Below are positions 44,369-55,344 of a DNA stretch of 64,000 nucleotides, piece after piece (position 1 is the stretch's first letter; every line of letters begins with the position of its first letter). Origin of the DNA: a virus. Location of the stretch: positions 26,315-90,314 of the IMG/VR virus record IMGVR_UViG_3300035698_010610. One strand, written 5' to 3'. The notes under the pieces were generated by a model. That model was not told the DNA's origin and made no database searches. It saw only the letters and a program-made list of their open reading frames with translations. The position numbers were made by a program, and so were the translations under genes.

Positions 44369-45365
44369 ATTGGCCGAGCATGTCGGCAACCGCCGCGTGG
44401 AACTTCCTTGCGTAGTCCTCTTGCGAGAACTGCCCCCTGGCGACTTTCTGCCCGAGTTCTGCTTTCGCTATCAAGTCGTCCGGTCGTGACAACCACGAAT
44501 TGACGGTATCGGCCAACTCGGCGGGCGAAGCGTTGCACGGAACGGTCGCGACCATGTCGGCGTACCCATCCGGCGCGGCGTCCGGCATGTCCCCGAGAAC
44601 AAGACACCCGGACATGGCTGCCTCGACGTATTTCGCCAACGGGTATTTGAATTTGCTACTACACACGAGGGCGATCTTCGCATCGCCGAGGAACATGGCG
44701 TATCGCGACACGGTCTTTTCGCAGTCCTGGACGCTTCGCTTTCGGTAGCCTGGGTGTTTCAACTGAACGGTGGCCTTCTGTCCGCAGGTGGCCGCGATGA
44801 CCCGTTCCCATTTCCCCCGAAGCGGATAGACGCTCGGACCGCAGTTGCCAGCCAAGAGTGCGTCGATAGATCGGCATGAATTTGCTGGCCGGTGGCCGAA
44901 CATTGTAACTTCAGCGCAATGCGGAATACACGCGATGCGAAGATCAGGCAGCAGGTCAATGGCGTGGTGAAACATCGGAACGTCCACCGCGTGATGGCAG
45001 ACGACGAGCGACGCGCTTGCCTGCACGGCTTCCTTCGCGGCCAGACTGCCCGGCCACCATGCCTCGTTGAACCGCAAGACACGAGGCACCGGGCATTCAG
45101 CGATCTTGTTCAGTCTGATTGCTTCGCGAGTCCCTAGCGGCTTGTAGCACAAGATCGCTTTCGCGCTCGGCATTACCCGTTCGATGTTGGACGCCAACGA
45201 GCCGTCGTTGCACCAGTTCGGCCACCCCGGTCCGGAGACAACAACGCGGAACAAACTGTCTGCCCGCATCATCGCCCAGATGGAATGTCGCCGCGCCGGT
45301 GACACTTTCGTGTCCCACAGTCGTTGCGGAAACGTGACCAGCAACGGTATCGGGTCAGCCTTCAT
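44367..45365 (-). CDS. GT-B glycosyltransferase (CgeB/Glyco_trans_1_2-like)
   Basis: GPGWP, YPLRGK, HPGY, YPLAKYVEAAMSGC. Confidence 0.75.
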   Translation of the reverse strand: MKADPIPLLVTFPQRLWDTKVSPARRHSIWAMMRADSLFRVVVSGPGWPNWCNDGSLASNIERVMPSAKAILCYKPLGTREAIRLNKIAECPVPRVLRFNEAWWPGSLAAKEAVQASASLVVCHHAVDVPMFHHAIDLLPDLRIACIPHCAEVTMFGHRPANSCRSIDALLAGNCGPSVYPLRGKWERVIAATCGQKATVQLKHPGYRKRSVQDCEKTVSRYAMFLGDAKIALVCSSKFKYPLAKYVEAAMSGCLVLGDMPDAAPDGYADMVATVPCNASPAELADTVNSWLSRPDDLIAKAELGQKVARGQFSQEDYARKFHAAVADMLGQ

Positions 45366-46602
45366 TCAGTTGGCCCCGCTCTTTCAAAAAGTCATGGAAC
45401 GCCCGCAGATTGTCCGTCAATTCTTCGCGGGCAAAACCACCGATGATGGAAATGTTCGCCTCCGCCTCGCTTTCGTCTGCCCGCGTCGTGTAGATGTTCG
45501 GGTTGCGTGACTCAGTCAACCTGACGTTGAACCTGCCGGGGTGTTCATGGATCGCCGTGCCGGGAAACGGGTAGAATACCGCGAGGCTGACAAGCGCCCA
45601 CGGGTGCGTTGCGGCAAACCGCTTGTTGAGCCCGAGCGTCCGTGAATTCTCCCCCGGCGTGCCCATCATCATCAGCGCACGCACGGACGGGATACCGGCG
45701 TTGTACGCGTTTGTGACGGCCTCTTCTGCCTGCCCGATGGTTGCCCCCTTCCGGAGAGTCCGCAAGACCACCGGATCAGCAGACTCGACACCGAACGACA
45801 ATTCGACGCACCCGCAGTCGCGGAGGAATTCATAGAGTTTCCGCGAGCCCGGTGCCACCCGGAGACTCGCCCGCCAGAGAATGCCCCGCCGTTTCAGCAT
45901 GCTCGCCACTGCCTCAAAACGGCCGGTCGTTGTCAAAATGTTGTCGTCGCTGATCCGAACGTCATGGATGCCCAAGGCGGCTATCTGGTCAATTTCGTCT
46001 TCGATCCGTTCCAACGGGTAGTCGTGATGGGAGAAGCATGCACCGGAGGAACAGAACGCACAGGAGAACCGGCAGCCCCGTGACGTGAGCAGCGTCGTTG
46101 ATCTGTCCGTTGCGTGCCCGGAGGCTGCCGAGTAGATGTTGCCGCCCGGGTTATCCAGCAGGCGGCGATCCGGCGGCGGGAATAAATCAAACCGCACGTC
46201 CGGCATCACGCAGATACACAGGCCGTGTTGCGGTCGATGCCCGGCGACCAGTTCCGGTATCAACTCCTCTCCGGGGCCGACACACACGGCGTCGTAGGAG
46301 TCCTCATGCAGATTATCCGAGCTGATACCGACCGGCCCGCCGACGACAACGCAGCACCCCTGTTCTCGCAGGCAACGACCCAACGTATTCAGCATCGGTG
46401 CGTCAACCAAACAGCCGCCCATCAAAACAAGTTCACCTGGCGGCACCAACTTGAGGGCGTCCCGCCACTTCATCGCCTGGGCGCTGATGACCTGCACGTC
46501 CGCGCCGAGTTGCTTCGCGTAGGTGGCCAGAGACAATAGGCCGAGGCCGGTCTGCGCGGTGGGGTCCATCAGGTAGGGGGTCGGAGGATAGAGGAAAATC
46601 AC
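45355..46602 (-). CDS. B12-binding radical SAM protein
   Basis: LGLLSLA, VVVGGP, TSRGCRFSCAFC, DDN, FGVES, GTPGE. Confidence 0.92.
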   Translation of the reverse strand: MIFLYPPTPYLMDPTAQTGLGLLSLATYAKQLGADVQVISAQAMKWRDALKLVPPGELVLMGGCLVDAPMLNTLGRCLREQGCCVVVGGPVGISSDNLHEDSYDAVCVGPGEELIPELVAGHRPQHGLCICVMPDVRFDLFPPPDRRLLDNPGGNIYSAASGHATDRSTTLLTSRGCRFSCAFCSSGACFSHHDYPLERIEDEIDQIAALGIHDVRISDDNILTTTGRFEAVASMLKRRGILWRASLRVAPGSRKLYEFLRDCGCVELSFGVESADPVVLRTLRKGATIGQAEEAVTNAYNAGIPSVRALMMMGTPGENSRTLGLNKRFAATHPWALVSLAVFYPFPGTAIHEHPGRFNVRLTESRNPNIYTTRADESEAEANISIIGGFAREELTDNLRAFHDFLKERGQLNEG

Positions 46603-47531
46603 AGGACATCCTTGATCGCGTTGTGCAGGCGGGTGGCGTAATGCTCCATCGTGTAGCTCCGGCGGATCGACGCCTGCGCCGCGTCGATCCGCTGTTGCAT
46701 TCCGACTGTGTCACGGAGCGTCCCTTCCACGGTGTCGATGATGGTTCGTTCGTCGGCGTCCACGCTGACTTCGACCAAACAGTCCCCGAAGTCACGGGCG
46801 AAGTCTGGGTCGTTCGGACGGCTGCCGATTACAACGCACCCGGCAGCCCACGCCTCCAAGTATTTCTGGTAGAAATAGCCGAACCGCCCGCAACAGGTCA
46901 AGAACAACCTCGCCCGGCTCAGTTCGTCGGCGTAGTCTTCAAGTTGCATCCAAGCAGCCGCCCGCGACCGTAGACGGTCCCCGGGATGGGGCCGAATTCC
47001 ACCAGCGATCTTTCGGTCGCGGATCAACGCGGCGAATTTCCCTCGCAGCATGTAAGTCGGGCTGCTGCACCGCCCAGCGACCAAACTGTGGATCGGCCGA
47101 TCCACGATGGGGCGGCGGTTGCCGTACAGATCCACCAACACACAATGGTGCAGCACGGCAATTCGCCCAGGCACGGCCCACCGGCCCACGTCTTGCGGAT
47201 GCGTGAACACTGTCAGGTCCGGCCGGATGTCGTCGAGCGTCTGCTGTGTCGCGGGATGATTCGCGTCGGTGAACATCAGCACCTTTGGAGCCCGGATGCC
47301 GCGAGGGTTGTGCTCCTGGTCGACGCCGTACAGGATGACGGCGTCCGGGTCGAACGGATAGCGGGTGATGTTGTCGTCGGCGCCCAGGCTCGTATCCCAG
47401 CCGTCCCAGCCCGGCCCCCAGATTTCCACAGCGTCGGCCGCATGATCGCCCAGGGCATACGCCCACATCTCGCGAACGCGGTGCGTCTTGTGGTCCCACA
47501 ACTCGCGGTCGAACAGGTAGAGAATGTTCAT
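46599..47531 (-). CDS. GT-B glycosyltransferase (CgeB-like)
   Basis: WGPGWDGW, YMLRGK, KYLEAWAAGC; paralog of 44367-45365. Confidence 0.75.
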   Translation of the reverse strand: MNILYLFDRELWDHKTHRVREMWAYALGDHAADAVEIWGPGWDGWDTSLGADDNITRYPFDPDAVILYGVDQEHNPRGIRAPKVLMFTDANHPATQQTLDDIRPDLTVFTHPQDVGRWAVPGRIAVLHHCVLVDLYGNRRPIVDRPIHSLVAGRCSSPTYMLRGKFAALIRDRKIAGGIRPHPGDRLRSRAAAWMQLEDYADELSRARLFLTCCGRFGYFYQKYLEAWAAGCVVIGSRPNDPDFARDFGDCLVEVSVDADERTIIDTVEGTLRDTVGMQQRIDAAQASIRRSYTMEHYATRLHNAIKDVL

Positions 47532-48520
47532 CACAGATCCCCCAGGATAGCCTGGAAATATTGAGGTGCAATTACCCGGTAGCCGTAATGTGCTTTGATG
47601 CTCTGTCGTAATTCTCGGCCGTATACTGCGGCGTCTTCCCTGCGGTTGGCAAGCTCATCTAAGCGGGAGATCAGCAGGCTGGCTGCCCTGGCTGCCTCTG
47701 CCTTGTTGCTGTATGCCGCCGCGATCAAACCCAGATCGTGCGGCATTCTCCAGTCGGTCACCATCCCGACATCGGTTGATACGATGGGGACACCTGATGC
47801 AGCAGCCTCGAAGACCGGCGACGGCGTGCCTTCATTGACCGACGTGCAGACGAACGCATCGAGCGAGCGATACCACGCGCCCATAACCTCGCGGCTGACT
47901 GGGTTTTCGTGATTGCGGGTATTTACCGACCAGTCCCAGTCCGGCCTTGCCTCCATCATGGGCCGCAGCACTTCGTCGTGCCCTTTGACTGTGTGGATGC
48001 CTTTGATGTTCGCGCACCACCCAACGCGGAACCGATCATCGCGCGGCCCGCGATCTCCGTCCGGCCGGAAAACGGTGTCGTTGACGCCGCTCGGAATGAG
48101 GTGCGACTCGTTCGCCATCGGCTGAACCGCCTTGAATATTTTCCGATTGACACAGATGGCCGCGTCAAACCGTTTGAGCCGTTCCCTCGCCCGCTTCGCA
48201 TTTCTCGCTTTCGTCACGATCCAGGTATTCCAGTCGTCCGGATCAAGCCGTTCATAACACGGGCCGTTGCTCGTCACCAGCGTTACCAGCCGCTTGACCT
48301 TGGCTCGCCGGTAGAGTTCAACGGGGGCCGCCGCCCACGAGAAATCGAAGACCGCATCATACTGGGCAAGCAGGTGAGGCTGTTTGCGAAACAACTTCAC
48401 CGCGTCCATGAAGACGACGCCGACATCGATGCCATCCGGTGCAAACGCCTGAAGGTCTCGCGCACGGTATCCCCAGGTCCAGCCGGGGATGTCAGCTACG
48501 AGGAGTACGCTTCGGGTCAT
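47531..48520 (-). CDS. GT4-like glycosyltransferase
   Basis: IPSGVN...F.P, KGHD, SVNEGTPSPVFEAAASGVPIVSTDVG. Confidence 0.88.
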   Translation of the reverse strand: MTRSVLLVADIPGWTWGYRARDLQAFAPDGIDVGVVFMDAVKLFRKQPHLLAQYDAVFDFSWAAAPVELYRRAKVKRLVTLVTSNGPCYERLDPDDWNTWIVTKARNAKRARERLKRFDAAICVNRKIFKAVQPMANESHLIPSGVNDTVFRPDGDRGPRDDRFRVGWCANIKGIHTVKGHDEVLRPMMEARPDWDWSVNTRNHENPVSREVMGAWYRSLDAFVCTSVNEGTPSPVFEAAASGVPIVSTDVGMVTDWRMPHDLGLIAAAYSNKAEAARAASLLISRLDELANRREDAAVYGRELRQSIKAHYGYRVIAPQYFQAILGDL

Positions 48521-49562
48521 CGCGGTGCCTTTCGAGTTTGCGGATAATCTGCCGGAATTGACCTCGCAACGACCACCCTTCGGTATAGTCCCGTGTCGCC
48601 CGTTCAGCGATGGCAGCAAACCGGGGCACGGCCGCGTCTATTGCTTTCGGATCATCGAACCGGTCAACGAGTACGCAATTGTCAGCGGTCAACGGCGGGT
48701 TGATGTTGATGGTCCCTGCCTGCTGCACGCACGGAACGCCGAGAAGGACTGACTCCAGGAACCGGCTGCATTTCCATGTGTCCCCTGGCAACCCGAGCGA
48801 CACCCGGCATTCGCTCAACCATTTGAGATATTCGCGGGGCGACAACTGCGGCAGCCCGTGCCCCGCCCATTTGAATTCGTAATGCGTGCCGAGCGTCGCA
48901 GCCAAGTCCTGCCGGACCGCCCACGGCTTCCCAACGAACCCGCCGTAACGCCTTTTCTTGGCGGCGCAATACTGCCGCCGGATCGGTGCAAGGTTGTCGT
49001 CGATGAACGCTCGCCACAACCCGTCGCGGTGAATCAAGTCAAGCACCCGCTCGTGCGGCAGCCAGGGGGCGCTGATGATCTTCCGCCGCGTGATGGGCTC
49101 GCTTTGCAATACCGCTTCGCACCATGCTCGCGGGCGGTTGTCCGTGAAGTCCCGCTGCCGCTGAACGTAGCTGATGATGGCCGCGCCGTGTCTCGCAAGG
49201 TGTGCGTCGTCTGCACACCCAAGGGATTCCTTGAAGTAGACTCGCGGCGCGAGGGCGTGAGGGATCAAAACGCAGGGCTGATTGAGGGTCGTGGCGTGCG
49301 ACATAAAATATCCGTCGATCTGCCCGAACGCGAACAGGTCTTCCTCGCCGCCTTCCAGCACATCCATACGGCCGACGGTGTCGTTCACGAATGGGATCTT
49401 GAGCACGCGGTCGAATTCCGGGTTTCGGTTGGCCGGGTTGTGGATCGTGACCGCATGCCCTTCGCTTTCGGCGATGGCCGCCATGTAAGCGAGCCGCCGC
49501 GTTTTGCGGTTGATAGCCTCTTCGTTCTCCCGCCACACCGCCAAATTGAATACCAGTCGCAT
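48492..49562 (-). CDS. GT-B-like glycosyltransferase
   Basis: [33 protein letters not shown]. Confidence 0.6.
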   Translation of the reverse strand: MRLVFNLAVWRENEEAINRKTRRLAYMAAIAESEGHAVTIHNPANRNPEFDRVLKIPFVNDTVGRMDVLEGGEEDLFAFGQIDGYFMSHATTLNQPCVLIPHALAPRVYFKESLGCADDAHLARHGAAIISYVQRQRDFTDNRPRAWCEAVLQSEPITRRKIISAPWLPHERVLDLIHRDGLWRAFIDDNLAPIRRQYCAAKKRRYGGFVGKPWAVRQDLAATLGTHYEFKWAGHGLPQLSPREYLKWLSECRVSLGLPGDTWKCSRFLESVLLGVPCVQQAGTININPPLTADNCVLVDRFDDPKAIDAAVPRFAAIAERATRDYTEGWSLRGQFRQIIRKLERHRDDPKRTPRS

Positions 49563-50581
49563 CAGGTCAAGCCCAACCGTTGGAGGAAATGGGAGAACTG
49601 CCCTTTGAGTGACCAGCCCCGGAGATACGACACGTCGGCGGATGCGACAATTGCGTCGCCCCGCGTATCCAGGGCGTGCCGGATGAAATTCCCGTCGGCG
49701 AAGTCGTCAACCATGATACAGTTGTGGGTTGTCAGCGGTTCAGATAGTGGAATTTTACCACGCATGCAAACCAGCGGAACGCCCATCAAAACCGACTCGC
49801 TATGGCGGCTGCATTTCCAGGTGTCGCCAGGGAGGTTCAAGGATGCCCGGCACGAGTCCAGCCACCGCAAATAGTCGCCAGGGGATAGCTGCTTGCCGCG
49901 AAAATCCAACCGCTCCGGTGCGTCGATCTGCGGTGTAATTTCATCCTGCGGAAAATGCCCCGCCGCCCACTCGAAGATGTAGCCCGCCCCGCACCGCTTG
50001 GATATGTCCGCGCGGTGGTTCTGCTTCTGACCACGGAAACCGATCAACCGCGTTTTGCCATCCGGTGAACGGTGCAGGTTGCGGATCGTTTCGAGGTCGT
50101 CGTCAAGGTACGCCTCGGTCAGCCCGTGCGCGTCCAGGTATTCGAGCATGACTTCATGCGGCAACCACGGCACGCTAACGATTTGATTGTCCCAAGCCCT
50201 CGCCCCGGTTGGATTCGGATTCCGCCACCAGTCCTCTTCGCGGTAGGTGTAGGACACGATCAGCGCCGCCCGTTTTGCAAGGTGCCGATCATCCCGCAAT
50301 TGCAGCCGCGACTTGAACGCAACGACCGGGCACCGCTGCCGGGTCATCTCGTTTTGGCAATGGTCGCAGAGGTACAGGTCTGCACCGCAGTCCCCGGGAC
50401 CGGCACCCGGCAGGTCTGCAATGTGGCTAAGGAACGGGTACGACTTCACGCCGTTCGTGTCTTGAATAACGACGCTGTGCCCGGCCCGCTTGGCGACTAT
50501 GGCCATATAAGCCAGCCGCCGGGTCTTGCGAATTTGCGGGCGGCCCGTGCGGGCGACGTAGAGGTTGACGGCGACCTTCAT
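49562..50581 (-). CDS. GT-B-like glycosyltransferase (paralog of 48492-49562)
   Basis: [36 protein letters not shown] and GWSL.GQF shared. Confidence 0.6.
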   Translation of the reverse strand: MKVAVNLYVARTGRPQIRKTRRLAYMAIVAKRAGHSVVIQDTNGVKSYPFLSHIADLPGAGPGDCGADLYLCDHCQNEMTRQRCPVVAFKSRLQLRDDRHLAKRAALIVSYTYREEDWWRNPNPTGARAWDNQIVSVPWLPHEVMLEYLDAHGLTEAYLDDDLETIRNLHRSPDGKTRLIGFRGQKQNHRADISKRCGAGYIFEWAAGHFPQDEITPQIDAPERLDFRGKQLSPGDYLRWLDSCRASLNLPGDTWKCSRHSESVLMGVPLVCMRGKIPLSEPLTTHNCIMVDDFADGNFIRHALDTRGDAIVASADVSYLRGWSLKGQFSHFLQRLGLT

Positions 50582-51105
50582 GGATTGAACTCGCGGTGCT
50601 GGTTGATAAATGGCCAGGGGTCAGTCTCCCTGAGCCGTTCCTTGTTTGCCTCGACTTTTTCGTGCGGCCATTCCCACCACGCTATCTTGAGCAGTTCCAC
50701 GATGGCATCATCGCTAAAGCGGAACTTGATGATGGCCGCCGGGTTGCCGCCGACGATGGCATACGGCGGCACGTCCTTCGTCACAACGGCCATCGACGCT
50801 ACAACGGCACCGTCGCCAAGGGTGGTGCCGGACATGATCGTCGCACCCATCCCGATCCACACATCGGAACCGATCAGCACGTCGCCGTTGCCGTAGCTTC
50901 CCGGCTCATTGATCGGTGCGCAAGCGACACGTTGATAGAAATGATTGCCGCCCAGAAATACGTTCACGTCGGATGCGATGCAGGTGTAATTGCCGATGCG
51001 ACATTTCCCGCCGTCACGCTCAAACAGCGTACGGAACCGCTGGCACACATACCCGCCCCGGCCCCGCGTATATTCCGACTTCGGCTCGATGTTCTCAGGT
51101 AGCAT
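50578..51105 (-). CDS. CatB-related hexapeptide O-acetyltransferase
   Basis: IGNYTCIA...GGNH...[16 protein letters not shown]...[22 protein letters not shown]...IAWWEWP. Confidence 0.92.
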   Translation of the reverse strand: MLPENIEPKSEYTRGRGGYVCQRFRTLFERDGGKCRIGNYTCIASDVNVFLGGNHFYQRVACAPINEPGSYGNGDVLIGSDVWIGMGATIMSGTTLGDGAVVASMAVVTKDVPPYAIVGGNPAAIIKFRFSDDAIVELLKIAWWEWPHEKVEANKERLRETDPWPFINQHREFNP

Positions 51106-51916
51106 TTAGTGCAGCCCTCACCTTCCGTTCCGTGGTGCCGTGCCATGTGTCCTCGTATCCGCCCCCCGCAACACTGCCATTCTGGTCGTGCAATTGTCCG
51201 ACGCGGGACGCACCCCGCATGAACGCAACGAGTTGTGAGAAGCTGCTTCGCGTGGAGCCGACTACCCAGTGCGTATCACGCAGCAAGTAGAGGTCCGCCG
51301 CCCATTTGATGATCCCCTCCTGGTCGTAGCGGTACGACTTCTGCTGCATGTGAACAGCGCCGCCGAAACACGCCTTGACGGCTCCTTCTGTTTCCTCGCA
51401 GTCGGCAGACACAACAAAATGCACGGCCGGTTGTAGCTTGCGGAGGTCCGACATTCGCCCGAGAAACCAGTCGAGCGGTTGCGTGTGTTTCTGCCGGTTG
51501 TGGTTGCGGATCACCACGCCGACAAGCGGGACGCCTTCAAGGATGTCTACCGCCGCGATGGCTTCCGCGAGAGCAGCGGTCGGCTGCAATTCGTTGAGGT
51601 AGTCGCCTATCGGACGCCTGAAATATTCCACCCATTCAGCAATGTGGCAGGTGCGATACCGGAGGTTGCCCGCACTACGCAAGTCGCTGTTCAAGGACGA
51701 TGTCCAATGTGACGTATCGCCGTGTATTTCCACATAGGGATGCTGCCAGATGTCGTCCATGTTGCACGGGAATTTGCCCGCGTCCTCCGACTCATCCAGA
51801 TGCGGCCAATGGATGATGAGTTGCCGGTCCGTTGCGCGACAAAACGCAATCGCCCCGATCACCGCACGCATCCGGCTTGCCAGCCTGCTGTTGACTTGCA
51901 GTCGTAATCTGCTCAC
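51095..51916 (-). CDS. Fucosyltransferase-like (NodZ/GT11-like) glycosyltransferase
   Basis: [20 protein letters not shown]...[12 protein letters not shown]. Confidence 0.6.
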   Translation of the reverse strand: MSRLRLQVNSRLASRMRAVIGAIAFCRATDRQLIIHWPHLDESEDAGKFPCNMDDIWQHPYVEIHGDTSHWTSSLNSDLRSAGNLRYRTCHIAEWVEYFRRPIGDYLNELQPTAALAEAIAAVDILEGVPLVGVVIRNHNRQKHTQPLDWFLGRMSDLRKLQPAVHFVVSADCEETEGAVKACFGGAVHMQQKSYRYDQEGIIKWAADLYLLRDTHWVVGSTRSSFSQLVAFMRGASRVGQLHDQNGSVAGGGYEDTWHGTTERKVRAALNAT

Positions 51917-52593
51917 CTGTAATGCCCTCGCTTTCTGCTTTGCGGCGGTGTGTCGCCATAGAAACGCTCGACGTAAACCGCTTCCGTTTCAAGTACGGCT
52001 TCCTTCAGGTCGAGCGTCCATTCCGGTTCGTCCCACAGCGTTTTGTTCGGCCACCCGATGCCGACCAAGTCCTCCTTTGACACGTCCGCGCCGATAGTCT
52101 TCGCCACCGTCGCGAGGTCGTCGAGCAATGTTTCCTGCGTGCCGACAAGGTCCACGATTTGCCAACCCGGCGGGCCGATGTAGTGTTGCGCCAAGTGCGA
52201 CAGGAACCCCGGTGCCCTGCTGACCACATTGCGGATGAACAGATCGAATTCGCCATTGTTTGGTCTGCACGCATCGAGCGGCTGACACGGATGCCATCCG
52301 CCGTCGCCCCACGCCCGCCACCGCGTCCAGCCACGCCGCTTCATCAACGCCATGTTGTATTTCCACCACGAGGCGTACCATGCCAGCGGATGCCGGACGA
52401 CGGTGAACATGTAGTCGGGGGTCGTTCGCAACTGGACCGGCAGAAGGTGGCGTTGCTCGCACCCCTTCTCCCCGACCGGGTTGTGCGTGCCGCCGTCGAT
52501 CAACCGGGCCATGCCTTCAACGACGTGGCCGCCCGTCTTCGGGATGTGGATAAACGTCGCCGTTTGCTCTTTTCCGTTGAGCCGACACGTCAT
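51913..52593 (-). CDS. Sulfotransferase family 2
   Basis: FIHIPKTGG (PAPS 5'-PSB), FTVVRHPLAWYASWW. Confidence 0.85.
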   Translation of the reverse strand: MTCRLNGKEQTATFIHIPKTGGHVVEGMARLIDGGTHNPVGEKGCEQRHLLPVQLRTTPDYMFTVVRHPLAWYASWWKYNMALMKRRGWTRWRAWGDGGWHPCQPLDACRPNNGEFDLFIRNVVSRAPGFLSHLAQHYIGPPGWQIVDLVGTQETLLDDLATVAKTIGADVSKEDLVGIGWPNKTLWDEPEWTLDLKEAVLETEAVYVERFYGDTPPQSRKRGHYR

Positions 52594-52605
52594 GCTATCC
52601 TCCTG

Positions 52606-53211
52606 TCAGGCTGCGGGCCACGCCCATGCCCGCTCGTTTGTTTCTATTTGCACGTTGCGGGTTGTGGCGAGTTCGTTCACTGCCCGCTTGACGCCACTGA
52701 GCCGCCAGTCATCCCCGACGAGTTGCACGCCCGGGAATAACTCCAAGCACGCCGTCACGTCCGCCCGCACGTCCGGGTATTCGTGGCTCGCGTCAACGTA
52801 GATCAGGTCCGGGCGCAAGCCAGCGTCAGCACACGCCAAGAGCCCACTGACGGTCAGCATTTTAAGCGGCGCGATGCGGTCCCGATGCCCCCAGCAGATC
52901 GTGCGGAAGCGGTCGAACATCCGGTCGTGGTATTTCAGATGCTCACCCGTCCGCAATTCAGGCGAGCCTTCATCGCTTTCCATCCAGTGGTCAACGCAGA
53001 CGACACGCACTCGGGGGAACCGCGTCAGCAGCATATTCGCAGACCGCCCGAGCCACGTTCCGAGTTCGATAACAGTCATCCCGTCACGGCAGTGCCGCAG
53101 TAGCATATCCCGCGTGCCGTCGGATAACCACCCTCGGTGCTTCCCGCTGTCAATGTTCGGGCACGCAGCCGGCCACAGGAACTTCGCTCGCAATTCTTCC
53201 CATGCAGTCAT
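52606..53211 (-). CDS. Class I SAM methyltransferase (Methyltransf_24-like)
   Basis: VIELGTWLGRS, VDHW, DLIYVDASHEY, GDDW. Confidence 0.88.
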   Translation of the reverse strand: MTAWEELRAKFLWPAACPNIDSGKHRGWLSDGTRDMLLRHCRDGMTVIELGTWLGRSANMLLTRFPRVRVVCVDHWMESDEGSPELRTGEHLKYHDRMFDRFRTICWGHRDRIAPLKMLTVSGLLACADAGLRPDLIYVDASHEYPDVRADVTACLELFPGVQLVGDDWRLSGVKRAVNELATTRNVQIETNERAWAWPAA

Positions 53212-53765
53212 CGTCTTGCCTCCAGGCAAAGGCTTATCAGTTGGCCGTCAATCGCCGCCTTGGATTGGTCGTCGAATTCGCAGAACGGTTTGTCTTGGAA
53301 ACCGTTGTCGTGGAATGCTATACCTGCCCTCGGGAAGCCCGCATCCTCAAACACACCCATCAGCATTGATCTGTTATACGCCATCCGGTGGTATATTGTC
53401 CCGCCGTTACACGGACGCCGACCGTACAGCGGACCGATGATGCGACGCAAAGCAACGCCGCCCTCAATATACAATTCCGCCAACTTCCCGAAGTTCGGCA
53501 CCGAGACTCGCACCGTGCCGCCGTCGCACAAATATGCCCGCCACCGCGAGAGCAAACCCACCACCTCGTCGCGGTTGAAGTATTCGAGGAAGTGCGAGGC
53601 GTAGATCATCGACGCGCTCGCCCATGCGGTCGGAAGCACCCATGCATCGTGACCGTCAAGGCCGGGAATGCTCTTGTCCGCGTCAACGTGCAGCCAATCG
53701 TTGCCGAAGAACCGCATCCCGCAGCCGACGTGGATCTTCACCGACCCATTGGGTGGTTTCGCCAT
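53208..53765 (-). CDS. Class I SAM methyltransferase (Methyltransf_11-like)
   Basis: KIHVGCG, IYASHFLEY, GGTVRVSVPN. Confidence 0.85.
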   Translation of the reverse strand: MAKPPNGSVKIHVGCGMRFFGNDWLHVDADKSIPGLDGHDAWVLPTAWASASMIYASHFLEYFNRDEVVGLLSRWRAYLCDGGTVRVSVPNFGKLAELYIEGGVALRRIIGPLYGRRPCNGGTIYHRMAYNRSMLMGVFEDAGFPRAGIAFHDNGFQDKPFCEFDDQSKAAIDGQLISLCLEARR

Positions 53766-54682
53766 TTCTTTCTCCTCGCTATCGCTTGCTCAAACACCTC
53801 GAAGAACGCGGGTGCCGTGTTGTGATACCCGTATCGGGTTTCAATTTGCTCCCTGCCAGCCACCGACATCCGACGACCAGCCCGCTTGGCTCGGCGAACC
53901 CCGCCAAGCAGATCCTTCACCGAGTCCGGTTCGATAAACACGCAATTGTTGCAATCGTCCCCCCACTGCATGATGTTCCCGCCTCGCGTACTGACAGCCA
54001 CGCATCCGCACGCCACGCCTTCACTGATCGTGTTCGGGGTTGCTTCGTAGTCTGGCGGTGCAACGCTCAAAATGTAGCGGCCGGAATTGTACCACTCGAC
54101 CATCTGCTGCGCGTTGAGCCGCGGCGACGGCGACACGATCCGGCATTCCAACTCGAAGCCGTGTGCTGCCAACCGCTCCGACGCAAAATGCAGCGTCCGC
54201 CAACCCTTCGCGAGATGCTTTGACGCCGACGAACACCACAGCGCCCTGTTCGGCCTTTCAGACCACGGGACGGTCGGACGGAATACCTCCGTGTCGACGC
54301 CGTTCGGGATGAAGGTGCAGTTGTCGGCATTGCCTCGGGTCAGCCACCCTGTCAGGTTGTTGACGATCACCGCATCGACCTTCGCCGCGAGGGTCCGCAA
54401 CATCCCTTCCCGCCTCTGTGCTGTGCAGTTGAATGACGCCACGAGCGCCGACTGCTTTGCCTGCCGTGCCCGGATGTGGTTTACCAGCGTCCAGTCCAGA
54501 AGGAAGATCACGTCGGTCGCGAGGTCCGCCGTCCCGTTCTTTACGTCTTCCCACGAATACGCTCGGACGATGTACGGTGGCTGAACGTACTTGCACAACG
54601 CCATTGCTCGACGGTGGTAAGCCCAATCGGGAACGTCGTAAATGATCGACACGGTCACGTTGCGGCCAGCAATTCCCTGCAT
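53738..54682 (-). CDS. GT4-like glycosyltransferase
   Basis: IPNGVDTEVFRP, KGW, EATPNTISEGVACGC. Confidence 0.82.
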   Translation of the reverse strand: MQGIAGRNVTVSIIYDVPDWAYHRRAMALCKYVQPPYIVRAYSWEDVKNGTADLATDVIFLLDWTLVNHIRARQAKQSALVASFNCTAQRREGMLRTLAAKVDAVIVNNLTGWLTRGNADNCTFIPNGVDTEVFRPTVPWSERPNRALWCSSASKHLAKGWRTLHFASERLAAHGFELECRIVSPSPRLNAQQMVEWYNSGRYILSVAPPDYEATPNTISEGVACGCVAVSTRGGNIMQWGDDCNNCVFIEPDSVKDLLGGVRRAKRAGRRMSVAGREQIETRYGYHNTAPAFFEVFEQAIARRKKWRNHPMGR

Positions 54683-55344
54683 CGTTTTCGCGCCTCCTGG
54701 GTCCATTGTTTATTGTGCGGCGTGTAGTGTAAAGCTGGTTCTTCGCCAGCACCGGGCAGGGCGTGGACGTTCGCCGTAAGTTCGACGTGATACCGCCCGA
54801 GCATGATCGAGAAAATGCGATCCGCCTTCCTGACGAACAGTGGGTCGGGTCCGTGTTTGGCGAGGTACGGCTTGAACGCGGGGCCGATCCATCGGCGGTC
54901 AAATACGCTGCCCCACCCGAGCATAATGTCGTTGCCGCGAGGGCCGCACGCGATCTGCGCTTGCGTTGCCACCTTGCCGTTCCGACGTTCGTAGAAAACG
55001 CCGGCCACCAACTCCTTGCCTTTGCGTTGATCGAACTCACTGAGCAGTTCCGCCCAATTGTTGACAACGTAGTCGTCGTCTTGCGTTGCGATAATGTCGC
55101 ACGCTGCCCGCTCGGCCGCCACGAACCGGCCGTATGGCCCGACGTTCCAAGGGGAGTCGTAGACGGAAACTTTTGGGCATTTCCAATTGTTGTCGTAGAC
55201 CTTGTGCGGAACTTCATGGTCGTTGTTCCAGAGAATGACCTGCGAGAACACGCCTTGCTTCCCGACCGCCTGCAATATCGGCTTGATGTTCTGGGGTCGC
55301 CGGTATGTCGGGATGACCAATGTTGCTTTAACCCCTCGTGGCAT
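54655..55344 (-). CDS. GT-A glycosyltransferase (GT2/GT64-like)
   Basis: LVIPTYRRPQN, ILWNN, ATQDDD. Confidence 0.78.
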   Translation of the reverse strand: MPRGVKATLVIPTYRRPQNIKPILQAVGKQGVFSQVILWNNDHEVPHKVYDNNWKCPKVSVYDSPWNVGPYGRFVAAERAACDIIATQDDDYVVNNWAELLSEFDQRKGKELVAGVFYERRNGKVATQAQIACGPRGNDIMLGWGSVFDRRWIGPAFKPYLAKHGPDPLFVRKADRIFSIMLGRYHVELTANVHALPGAGEEPALHYTPHNKQWTQEARKRCRELLAAT